Below are positions 12,016 to 22,868 of a stretch of DNA of 64,000 nucleotides, in pieces. Origin of the DNA: Mobula hypostoma. Taxonomy: Eukaryota. The stretch is taken from assembly GCF_963921235.1 (NCBI RefSeq), contig NC_086097.1:234114001-234178000 (forward strand), read 5' to 3'. The notes under the pieces were generated by a model. That model saw only the letters and a program-made list of their open reading frames with translations. It had not been told where the DNA came from and did not search any database. Every line of letters starts with the position of its first letter. Positions within the stretch are counted from its first letter, which is position 1. Position numbers and translations under genes: made by a program.

Positions 12016-12139
12016 TTAATATTTATTATATTAATTTGTGAAATGTGGGTTCTCTAAGCAAGTACAACATTTGCTAGTTATTCACATAAAAATTGCTGGT
12101 GAACGCAGCAGGCCAGGCAGCATCTCTAGGAAGAGGTGT

Positions 12140-12175
12140 AGTCGACATTTCAGGCCGAGACCCTTCGTCAGGACT
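12140..12175 (-). ncRNA. Minimal type I hammerhead ribozyme motif in Penelope pseudo-LTR
   Basis: The minus strand reads AGTC-CTGACGA-A-GGGTCTCGGCCT-GAAAT-GTC-GACT. Stem I is AGTC/GACT; one C>T change breaks the ACGT stem III palindrome. Confidence 0.7.
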
Positions 12176-12468
12176 AACTGAAGGAAGAGTGAGTAAGGGA
12201 TTTGAAAGTTGGAGGGGGAGGGGGAGATGCAAAATGATAGGAGAAGACAGGAGGGGGAGGGATGGAGCCAAGAGCTGGACAGGTGATAGGCAAAAGGGGA
12301 TACGAGAGGATCATGGGACAGGAGGTCCGGGAAGAAAGACAAGGGGGGGGGACCCAGAGGATGTGCAAGGGGTATATTCAGAGGGACAGAGGGAGAAAAA
12401 GGAGAGTGAGAGAAAGAATGTGTGCATAAAAATGAGTAACAGATGGGGTACGAGGGGGAGGTGGGGCC

Positions 12469-14720
12469 TTAGCGGAAGTTAGAGAAGTCGACGTTCATGC
12501 CATCAGGTTGGAAGCTACCCAGACGGAATATAAGGTGTTGTTCCTCCAATCTGAGTGTGGCTTCATCTTCACAGTAGAGGAGGCCGTGGATAGACATGTC
12601 AGAATGGGAATGGGATGTGGAATTAAAATGTGTGGCCATTGGGAGATCCTGTTTTCTCTGGCGGACAGAGCGTAGGTGTTCAGCAAAGCGGTCTCCCAGT
12701 CTGCGTCGGGTCTCGCCAATATATAAAAGGCCGCATCGGGAGCACCGGACACAGTATATCACCCCAGCTGACTCACAGGTGAAGTGCTGCCTCACCTGGA
12801 AGGACTGTTTGGGGCCCTGAATGGTGGTAAGGGAGGAAGTGTAAGGGCATGTGTAGCACTTGTTCCGCTTACATGGATAAGTGCCAGGAGGGAGATCAGT
12901 GGGGAGGGATGGGGGGGGGACGAATGGACAAAGGAGTTGGGTAGGGAGCGATCCCTGCAGAATGCAGAGAGAGGGGGAGAGGGAAAGATGTGCTTAGTGG
13001 TGGGATCCCGTTGGAGGTGGCGGAAGTTACGGAGAATAACATGTTGGACCCAGAGGATGGTGGGGTGGTAGGTGAGGACCAGGGGAACCCTATTCCTAGT
13101 GGGGTGGCGGGAGGATGGAGTGAGAGCAGATGTACGTGAAATGGGGGAGATGCGTTTAAGAGCAGAGTTGGTAGTGGAGGAAGGGAAGCCCCTTTCTTTA
13201 AAAAAGGAAGACATCTCCCTCGTCCTAGAATGAAAAGCCTCATCCTGAGAGCAGATGCGGCGGAGACGGAGGAATTGCGAGAAGGGGATGGCGTTTTTGC
13301 AAGAGACAGGGTGAGAAGAGGAATAGCCCAGATAGCTGTGAGAGTCAGTAGGCTTATAGTAGACATCAGTGGATAAGCTGTCTCCAGAGACAGAGACAGA
13401 AAGATCTAGAAAGGGGAGGGAGGTGTCGGAAATGGACCAGGTAAACTTGAGGGCAGGGTGAAAGTTGGAGGCAAAGTTAATAAAGTCAACGAGCTCTGCA
13501 TGCGTGCAGGAAGCAGCACCAATGCAGTCGTCGATGTAGCGAAGGAAAAGTGGGGGACAGATACCAGAATAGGCACGGAACATAGATTGTTCCACAAAGC
13601 CAACAAAAAGGCAGGCATAGCTAGGACCCATACGGGTGCCCATAGCTACACCTTTAGTTTGGAGGAAGTGGGAGGAGCCAAAGGAGAAATTATTAAGAGT
13701 AAGGACTAATTCTGCTAGACGGAGCAGAGTGGTAGTAGAGGGGAACTGATTAGGTCTGGAATCCAAAAAGAAGCGTAGAGCTTTGAGACCTTCCTGATGG
13801 GGGATGGAAGTATATAGGGACTGGACATCCATGGTGAAAATAAAGCGGTGGGGGCCAGGGAACATAAAATCATTGAAAAGTTTAAGAGTGTGAGAAGTGT
13901 CACGAACATAGGTAGGAAGGGATTGAACAAGGGGGGATAAAACCGTGTCAAGGTATGCAGAAATGAATTCGGTGGTCAGGAGCAAGCTGAGACAATAGGT
14001 CTGCCAGGACAGGCAGGTTTGTGGATCTTGGGTAGGAGGTAGAAACAGGAAGTGCGAGGTGTGGGAACTATAAGGTTGGTAGCAGTGGATGGGAGATCCC
14101 CTGAGCGGATAAAGTTGGTGATGGTGTGGGAGACAATGGCCTGGTGCTCCTTAGTGGGGTCACGATCGAGGGGTAAATAAGAGGAGGTATCCGCGAGTTG
14201 TCGCTGTGCCTCGGCAAGGTAGAGGTCAGTACGCCAAACTACAACAGCACTCCCCTTATCGGCGGGTTTAATAATAAGGTTAGGATTAGTGTGGAGGGAG
14301 TGGAGAGCAGAGCGTACCGAAGGAGTGAGGTTGGAATGCGGACAAGGTGCGGTGAAGTCGAGACGGTTGATGTCCCGTCGGCAGTTAGCGATAAAGAGAT
14401 CCAGAACAGGCAGAAGACCAGAGCGGGGTGTCCATGAAGAAGAGGAGGGTTGAAGACGGGAGAAGGGGACATCGGTGGGGGTGGAAGAGTCCTTGCCGAA
14501 GAAGTAGGCTCGGAGACGGAGACGGCGGAAGAACAGTTCCGCGTCATGGCGAACACGGAACTCGCTGAGGTGTGGGTGAAGGGGGACAAAGGTGTGGCCC
14601 TTACTGAGGACAGAGCGCTCTGCCTCCGACAGTTGAAGGTCGGAGGGGATGGTAAAGACCCAGCACGGATGAGAGCTGGGATCAGAGGGGGGAGGGGGAG
14701 GCTGGGGGTGTCAATGGAGA
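12469..14720 (-). pseudogene. Penelope ORF: reverse transcriptase + Cys-linker + GIY-YIG endonuclease, two frameshifts
   Basis: Motifs LSEAERSVLSKG, FFRRLRL, PGRPIVSACS, TMDVQSLYT, GVAMGTRMGP, RYIDD, CKRNKCYTC and VIYCVRCSRCGLLYIGETRRRLGDRFAEH. Frame breaks at ~13977 (stop + 1 nt loss) and in the G9 run at 12911-12919. Confidence 0.92.
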
Positions 14721-15300
14721 GGGGAGACCTGACGTAGACTGGGAGACCGCTCTGCTGAAAAAGAGACCCGATGTAGACTGGGAGACCGCTTTGCTGAACA
14801 CCTACGCTCTGTCCGCCAGAGAAAGCAGAATCTCCCAGTGGCCACACATTTTAATTCCACATCCCATTCCCATTCTGACATGTCTATCCACCGCCTCCTC
14901 TACTGTAAAGATGAAGCCACACTCAGGTTGGAGGAACAACACCTTGTATTCCGTCTGGGTAGCCTCCAACCTGATGGCATGAACATTGACTTCTCTAACT
15001 TCCGCTAATGCCCCACCTCCCCCTGTACCCCATCTGTTACTTATTTTTATACACACATTCTTTCTCTCACTCTCCTTTTTCTCCCTCTGTCCCTCTCACT
15101 ATACCCCTTGCCCATCCTCTGGGTCCCCCCCACCTTGTCTTTCTTCCCGGACCTCCTGTCCCATGATCCTCTCGTATCCCTTTTGCCAATCACCTGTCCA
15201 GCTCTTGGCTCCATCCCTCCCCCTCCTGTCTTCTCCTATCATTTTGGATCTCCCCCTCCCCCTCCAACTTTCAAATCCCTTACTCACTCTTCCTTCAGTT

Positions 15301-15336
15301 AGTCCTGACGAAAGGTCTCGGCCCGAAACGTCGACT
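15301..15336 (+). ncRNA. Minimal type I hammerhead ribozyme motif in inverted pseudo-LTR
   Basis: AGTC-CTGACGA-A-AGGTCTCGGCCC-GAAAC-GTC-GACT. Stem I AGTC/GACT, both core boxes, palindromic ACGT stem III and a GUC site at 15330-15332; the base of stem II is an A.C mismatch. Confidence 0.75.
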
Positions 15337-16257
15337 GTACCTCTTCCTAGAGATGCTGCCTGGCCTGCAGCGTTCACCAGCAATTTTTATGTGTGTTGCT
15401 TGAATTTCCAGCATCTGCAGAATTCCTGTTATTTGCAGGTTATACCTGCTTTTTAAAGTAAGTTAAATAAACTTTGAGAAAGAAACAGTTAAAGAATAGA
15501 ACTAAGCACGAGCTGTCCAATGTAATGACCCCATTGCTTTCTAGAATGTTGTACAATTTAGGTATCCTCTGCTCCCAAACAACAAAGAATCATATGAAGC
15601 AGAATTAAAAAAGAAGCAGTCTGTCAGCCAATGTTTCTCACTTTTTCCCATGTGCAATCTGCCTTATCACTTGCTCCACAAAATCCATTTAATCTACTCA
15701 TCAAAAGTTGCATGCAAATACCTTTTGCCTCCAGAAGTAATCATTCAAAGGCAGTTTCTCCTGTCAATTCAGCAAATTTAAATAACAAAGTAAAGAAAAC
15801 CAATTGCTGTCTAGTAAGATTACACAGTTGAGTCAATTAGTTTGTAAGTACCATAAATTGGTAGTTAATAAAGATTAACCAAAAGATATACACCTGTAAA
15901 TAATAGTGTTGACACCGAGAATATTAGAAATTTCAGAATGGTTACATTTGAATGTTATATAACTATTTTACATTCAAAGGATGCCTGATAAACATCTAAC
16001 CTCATATTGCCACTGGTGAGCAGATTGTTTATTTCAAGCTCCTTTCAGGAGAGTGTTACTTGCACAAGCAGAGAATATCAACAAAATGTATTTTAAAATA
16101 TGTTGACATAACTGAGCTCCACAAATTTCCTCTATACAGCACTGTAAACAATTGATGAAAATTAGCCTAATTATGGATTAAGTTTGGTTGCTGGTCTAGG
16201 TACCCATTATGGCCATATCGTGACCAAAACTGGCTGCCAAAGAAGTTTTTATCAAAG

Positions 16258-16552
16258 CAGCACACACAAAATGCTGGAGGAACTTGGCATTCCAGGCAGC
16301 ATCTATGGAAAGGAGTAAACAGTTGACATTTCGGGCTGAGACCTTTTATCAGGACTGGAAAGGAAGGGAAAAAAGAGTCAGACTAAGAAGGTGGGTGGAG
16401 GGGATGAAGAAGTACAAGGTGGTAGGTGATAGGTGAATCCGGGAGGGTGTGAAGTAAAGAGTTGCGAAGTTGGTTAGTGCAAGAGATAAAAAGCTGGAGA
16501 AGGGGGAATCAGAGAGGAGAGGATAGAAGATCATGGAAGAAAGAGAAGGGGT
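16258..16552 (-). mobile_element. Penelope-like pseudo-LTR fragment with decayed hammerhead
   Basis: The minus strand at 16321-16355 reads AGTC-CTGATAA-AAGGTCTCAGCCC-GAAAT-GTC-AACT, followed by the standard tail. Confidence 0.8.
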
Positions 16553-16574
16553 TGCCTGCTTTGATGAAAGGTCT

Positions 16575-17490
16575 TGATGAAATGATGTACTGGCCAAGAA
16601 TGAACCAATACACCAGCCAGATCACTGCTTCACGTGAAATATATCTTACCTACAGACTGAAGCAACAAGTAGAACTGCATAAATTACACCCTGTTCCAGA
16701 CAGGCTGACTTCAAAGTTGGAGTGGATTTGTTTGGCTGTAATGGGAAGAGTCGTATTGTTGTAACAGACTACTTTTCCAATTATCCAGAGGCTGCAAAAC
16801 CTAACAAGGTGGTCATCACCTTCTTGAAAGCAATGTTTGTGAAACATGGAGTTCCATGTGAAGTAGTATCAGACAATGGTCCACAATTTTTGAGCTGTGA
16901 ATTTGAATCCTTTGGCAATGATTGGTGGGTTTCAACACATAACTTCAAGCCCTCATCACCCAAAATCTAATGGCCTAGCAGAGAATTTGGGGAAGGGCCT
17001 CATGAAGAAAGCGCAATATGGACGAAAATGACTTCTACAGTAGACCAAAGAGGCCAGCAGATGTAAAAAATAAAATTATTGATCAAAGTTTTCAGAAAGT
17101 CACAAATATTAATGCGCTAAATACAAGCAATACACTGGTGGAAACATATAGCAGACCAAAAATGATTATTAAACCACCCCAGAGACTGATTGAAAGATGT
17201 TGAGTGAAAAAGGGCTGGTTACAGATGTAAATATTTTTGTTGGAAAGGATTACTGTTTCTTGCAGGTTTATGAGGACATTCTGTATTGTTGTATTTGTTT
17301 TTCTTTAAAGGATGAAGATGTGTTATTATGTATGTACATAATAAAGAACTTCAGTTCCCAGTAGGAAATGAAGACATTCACCTGGAACCAGAAGTTCCAG
17401 TGGTGAGCTGGTTTTGAACAGTTGAATAATAAACATGTTGTAGTGTTTACTCACGTTAAGTTTGTCTTTATTAAGAACAAGCATCACACA
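16575..17490 (+). mobile_element. Gypsy LTR retrotransposon remnant (integrase + PPT + 3' LTR)
   Basis: MYWPRMN, VDLF..VVTDYFSNYPE, HGVPCEVVSDNGPQF and SSPHHPKSNGLAE across frameshifts. A purine tract AAAGGATGAAGA precedes a TG...CA segment at 17319-17490 containing AATAAA. Confidence 0.8.
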
Positions 17491-17862
17491 CCTATAACTG
17501 CGATATTATTGAATCAATTTCAACTCCATTATCTAAAACCACATTGGAAACATGGGATTTAGTGGATTTTAGAATGAGGACAACGTTTTGATAATGGAAG
17601 GATGGAGTGCTGACATTCAGAGACTGCCTTTCATTTTCAATGACACCTCACTGAATGTGATGTAGGGGCAATAAAAACAGGCAGAGGTCACTGTTCACTA
17701 CTAATGGAAGAAGGTAGCATGGCAGTTGAATTTGCAGCCAGAGGAACTTAGGGCCATACATGGATGTAGTGCTTTAAACTACTGATCTGATGGGCTATGA
17801 GACAACTGAAACTCCCTGCTTCATCACAACTCTCTAGGTCTCATCACAAATGAAGCGCCAGT

Positions 17863-17969
17863 TTTTTTTTTAAGACGACCGTACGAATCAGACTCTGAAG
17901 CGATGAGCGCTCCCCATGCGCACGGGCACCCTACTGTCACCGCTCGCCATCTCACCCCCTAAAAAAGAA
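17863..17969 (-). other. Short CpG-rich poly(A)-tailed retroposed sequence of unknown source
   Basis: T10 at 17862-17871, a CpG-rich body, and flanking direct repeats CAAATGAAGCGCCAGT / CAAATGAAACATCAGT. Confidence 0.45.
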
Positions 17970-18329
17970 ACAAATGAAACATCAGTAATATAGAACAATT
18001 TACTTTTTAACTTGTGGCATAAAATGCATATCATGCTAAGTGTCAGTCTTCTAGATCTATATATGTTATTGCTGGTTAATTTATTAGTGATAATATTACT
18101 TTATGTGCTGTATGTAAGTTATATGGACTGTGTTCTGCACCTTGGTCCAGAGGAACATTGTTTCATTTGGTGGTATACGGGTATGCGATTTAATGACAAT
18201 AAATTTAAACTTGAACTTGAAATTGTTTGGTGGTCCAAGAAAATCAAGAAATCAAGAGGTATAAGCCATCCCATATTTAGTTAGTGCGTATACAGTATCT
18301 GGCCCTTTATATTGTCTTTGACCTGGTCT

Positions 18330-18505
18330 GTCACCCAATTCCCTTTGACTTATTCCATCCATCCATCTCCTTCTCTGGCAGTTTAAAACTACCTCTCTCT
18401 CTGCCTCAGTTCTGATGAAATCTCAGAGTTGAAGCATTAACTCTTTATCTCAGACATTGCCTGACCTGCTGCCTATTTCCAGCATTATTTTGATATTTTG
18501 CTGTT
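18330..18505 (+). mobile_element. Old Penelope-like tail with decayed hammerhead (AGTT/AACT stem I variant)
   Basis: AGTT-CTGATGA-AATCTCAGAGTT-GAAGC-ATT-AACT at 18408-18442, then a TGCCTGACCTGCTG..TCCAGCAT tail. Confidence 0.6.
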
Positions 18506-18663
18506 TCCTTCACTTCCTGGAACTTGCCAGTGAGGGCAAGAACTCAGCAGGGAAAGCAAAGAGCACAGTGTGCAGAGAGAGACAAAGAAACGAGAGCAGC
18601 CCTCCAACCTCTTCACAACTCACACCCTCAGAGGGCACAATCTGTGAGGGATTTACCTGCCAA

Positions 18664-19187
18664 GAGTTCTGGTCACCTCATTACAGGAATGATGTAAAAG
18701 CTTTAGTGAGAGTACAAAGGAGATTTACCAGGATGCTGCCTAGATTAGAGAGAATGGCTTAGGTTGAGCGAGCTAGGGCTTTTCTCTTTGGAGCAAAGGA
18801 GGATGAGAGGTGACTTGATAGATGTACACAAGATGATAAGAGGCATGGATCAACTGGACAGCCGGAGACTTTTTCCCAGTATGTAAATGGCTAATACATG
18901 AGGCATAATTTCAATGTGATTGGAATAAAGTATGGGGGGGGGGGGGGAATGTCAGAGGTAAGTTATTTACACTGAGCATGGTGATTCCTTGGAAACCCCT
19001 GCCAGTAGAGGTGGTAGAGGCAGAAACATTAGGGAGATTTAAGAAACTCATAGATCGGCACATGGATGATAGAAATATTGAGGGTTATTTTGGAGGGAAA
19101 AGTTAAATTGAACTTAGTAGGTTAAAACGATAACACAGCATCGTGGGCTGAAGGGCCTGTACTATGCTGTAGTGTTCTATGTTCTAT
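18664..19187 (+). mobile_element. CR1 LINE 3' fragment
   Basis: FWSPHYRNDVKALVRVQRRFTRMLP; ends in (GTTCTAT)n. Confidence 0.88.
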
Positions 19188-20446
19188 ATACCATGTAATT
19201 CTTCTGTCTCCTGCACTGCTGGTGTCCTTCTGGCCATCAACAATGAGTTCCAGGAAGCTCAGAAAATGCATGGATAAACTTATAAACCCTTGGTAACAAC
19301 ACCTTAAATCAACAACTAACAGATCGGTTGCCTACCTTTGTAGAGGGACAGTCTAACAAGATAAATGCAGTAGCCAGGAATTGGAGCTAGCCTCATGGCC
19401 TTGCCGTCATTCTGACCATATTCATCATCCCGTTTCATTTTCCCACACCCAGCCACTCGCACCACTTACAACTCAGCCTTGAGTGTCTTTGTGAGGAGAC
19501 TTAAATTTCGACGGCTGAAGAGCCCCACTATTGTCTTACCAGGTCACAGGAGTTACAGAGCTTCTGGGGAGGGGGCTCCGTGGCATCAACTGACAGCTGA
19601 CAGCAAGTCACGAGTCAAAACCCTGACAAAGCTCTGCGGGCAGCTGTCAGCGTCGAGAACTGAGATACATCTTTCCCATGCATCACCGGTGAAAATAGTT
19701 GCAGACGTCTGAAGGAATAACCTTACTCCAACAATGGCAATTACTAAGACTGCACCACGAATCGCTGGCTTCTTACCCTTCCGAAGCTGCCAAAAATCAT
19801 CAGTCAATTTTTAAAGTAGCTACTGTTGTAATTCAAGCAACACTCGGCAGCTGTTCCACAAACCATCTGCTATCATAACAGGAAATTAACTAACAGAATA
19901 TATAGAATCACTTCATGAATACAAAGTGGAATATTTTGCCCTTACGCCATTTTTCCCCCATTTGATGTGAACTGAAAATTGAATTGACTGGAGCTGGGCA
20001 CAGAAATCTTTTGAAGTTGAGTTCAAGATGTCCAGGGCTTTGCCTGAACTTCTTTCAGCATTTTGCCTCTATTTTAGATGCAATATCTAATAGCTCTGCA
20101 ACTCCAGGGCTCTTGTAACTAATGAGAATAAATCAACAAAGATAATCATTCTAATTTTCCTGTGATTTGAAGACGGGGCTTAGGCTAGCAATGCTGTGCC
20201 AAAGTACTTGTTTCTGTACTGCAGAGCTAAGTGTTAGTTCAAACATCACATCTCTTCACACACTACGGTGCTTCAGAAAATCCACAACGCGCTATTGCAC
20301 ACAGATCTACATTTTTATGGAACCTGTGTCCTGACACCAGCTCTTTGAACGGAAACAAAGTCATTCATATCTGTAGTTATGATTGGATTTTGAAAGAATC
20401 CTTAATCAATCCCCATATTCATACCCGTGAGGCTGAAAAGTATTGC

Positions 20447-21587
20447 GGTCGGATTTGGGAACAGCTTCTCTCCAACTGTGATAAGACTGCTGAACGGATC
20501 CTGACCCGGATCTGGGCCGTACCCTCCAAATATCCGGACCTGTCTCTCGGTTTTTTTGCACTACCTTACTTTCCATTTTCTATTTTCTATTTATGATTTA
20601 TAATATAAATTTTTAATATTTACTATCGATTTGTACTCCAGGGAGCGGGAAATACAGAATCAAATATCGCTGTGATGATTGTACGTTCTAGTATCAATTG
20701 TTTGGTGACAATTGTTACGTACCCCGTAACTGGGTTGCCAAACCAGCAGAAATGGATCACTCAGTTGGAGTCTGGAGTACTAGAACTAAGAAAGTTTTAT
20801 TAAAGAAACAAGCAACACAGTAATCGAAAGGATAATAAATGCAACAGTTCAACAATGATAACCACACATGTGCACAGAATTAAGATAACAGCATCAATCA
20901 AGCTCTATCGTTGTCTAGGGGTAAATGACCAGATTTCAAAGTGACTCAAAGTTCAGTCCAGTTTAGTAGCTCAGTTCGCAGTAATCATTGCCATGGTGAT
21001 GGACAACGTGCGGGGAGAGAGAGAGAGAACAGGAACAACTATTCATACACGGCTTCACTCACAGACCGGCGAGATGGCTCACAAGCAACTTTTGGGCGGG
21101 TCCTTGGTGATGTCACCTGAGATCACCGACTGTGACCCCTCCTCCAGATGCAGTCGATCCTCTGCAGTGAACCCGGCACCCAGGCAAGGGCGGACACACA
21201 CCGGGTTCCCGCTGATCGTACCTTTCCACCCTGGCCGTTGTCTGGTACTTCTCACCGACTCGTGAGAAGCGTACCGCTTCCAGGGTCTCGTTACCTCGGG
21301 TGGCGTGTGTGTCGCCTTAGCAAACCGGTCCCTTTTTATCCCCCTGCTGGGGTATCGCCTGTCCATCACTTCAAACAGTTCAGGGTTCAAAGGGGGGGAG
21401 CCGCTCCAGACAGCTCTCTCTCCCACGTCCCTTCATTACACATCTCCAGACGCTGCTCCATTGTTCCTTATCTGTCCTTCCCCTGAGGGCAGGTGGCAGA
21501 CCACTTGCTGATGTCACTGATGCTAACCCAGGCCAGCAAACATCTTAATTTTATGTGTATTCTCGTCACACAATAAAGTATAAAGTA
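20447..21587 (+). mobile_element. Rex1/Babar-type 3' fragment with its tail split by a solo LTR
   Basis: Same family as 4552-4935. The tail GGTGACAAT|AAAGTATAAAGTA is interrupted at CAAT. Confidence 0.75.
20713..21570 (-). mobile_element. Solo LTR (858 bp)
   Basis: TGTTACG...CGTCACA termini, perfect 4 bp TSD CAAT, and TTTATT near the left end (AATAAA on minus). CpG-rich, suggesting a young insertion. Confidence 0.88.
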
Positions 21588-22257
21588 TTAATGGAAAGCT
21601 TACTGTCATGACTGACTAAACCACACAGAGGCTCTAACTGGAAAATATAAATGTCTTCCTTCACACAGCAATCCAGGAGACAGAGAGTCCAGGAAAATCC
21701 AAGAGGATCACTGTTCTGACACGATGTCTTATATTTCTTCAACACAAAGGTAACAATAAATGATTAAATTCAGCTTCAATTGCTATAAACACCTACTTAA
21801 CATTAACATTTGGAATATAGTAAGAACAATTTACAGAATCACATACTTAGAATAGCACCGCATCCCAACTAGCAGAATCCCTTTGAATATTCCATACTGG
21901 TGTCTGTTCCAAAAGAATCTGAGTACACACTCCAGACACCCAAAATATACCCCTTTCGTTATAGTGTTGAAGGATCTGTAATGATCAATAAACCAATTCT
22001 TTGGAATCAAATGACCTTGCCTGGTATCCCAGGGCTGGGTGTGTCTGCACCCGTGTCACCCCCACCCCGGCATTCTCTCTCTGCCACCTGCCCTACATCC
22101 CTCCCACAGTGCTCCACCCTCACCATTCCCAACACCCTTTGCTCTCGCCAGATTTACAAACTTGCTCTCCACTCCACATTGACAAATACACTACTGTGCA
22201 AAACTCTGAGGTACCCTAGCTATGTATATGTGCCTAGGACTTTGGCACAATACTGTA

Positions 22258-22826
22258 GTCCCTCATAGCAACCAGGTGACTCAATCTCTTCTCATAGTCT
22301 AAACTCTTCTTCTCTGGTATCAAGCTGGTGAACCTCCACTGCATCGCCTCCAAAGCCAGTAGGTTCTTCCTCAAGTAAGGAGACCAGAACTGCATGCAGT
22401 ACTCCAGGGGTGGCCTCACCAGTACACTGTACAGTTGTAGCATAACCTCCCTGCTCTGAAATTCAGTCCCTCTAGCACTGTTGGCCAATGTTCCATTTGC
22501 CTTCTTGATAGCCTGCTGCACCTGAAAACCAACCTTTTGTGATTCATGCACAAGCACTCCCAAGTCCCTCTTCACAGCAGCATGCTGCAATATTTTTACC
22601 ATTTAAATAATAATCTGCTCTTTCATTTTTTCCCTTCCAAAGTGAATGACCTCGCATTTACCAACATTGTATTTCATCTGCTAGACCCTTGCCCATTCAC
22701 TTAAACCACCTATATCACTCTGCAGACTCTCTGTATTTTATGCACAATTTGCTTTTCCACTCAATTTGGTATCATCAGGAAACTTAGATGTACTACCCTT
22801 GGTCCCCTCTTCCAGATCATTAATGT
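22258..22826 (-). mobile_element. CR1 LINE ORF2 fragment
   Basis: RDLGVLVHESQKV..LVRPPLEYCMQFWSPYLRK. Confidence 0.88.
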
Positions 22827-22868
22827 CTTTAATAAGAGTCTTTATTCAACACGATTTATTGAAATTTA

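Larger units (their letters stand above)
12082..15437 (-). mobile_element. Penelope-like retroelement (Neptune-type), 5'-truncated, with inverted 3' copy at its 5' end
   Basis: RT + GIY-YIG coding region on the minus strand. 12082-12713 is an inverted repeat of 14763-15395. Confidence 0.93.

Noticed and set aside
14239..14847. 202 aa ORF with an internal repeat QQSGLPVY
   Set aside because: Alternative frame of the Penelope ORF plus the junction duplication.
19200..19870. Unique-looking region with ORFs 19479-19712 and 19586-19807 and CTGACAGCTG/CAGCTGTCAG repeats
   Set aside because: No recognisable domain or consistent splice frame. The short inverted motif is insufficient to call an element.
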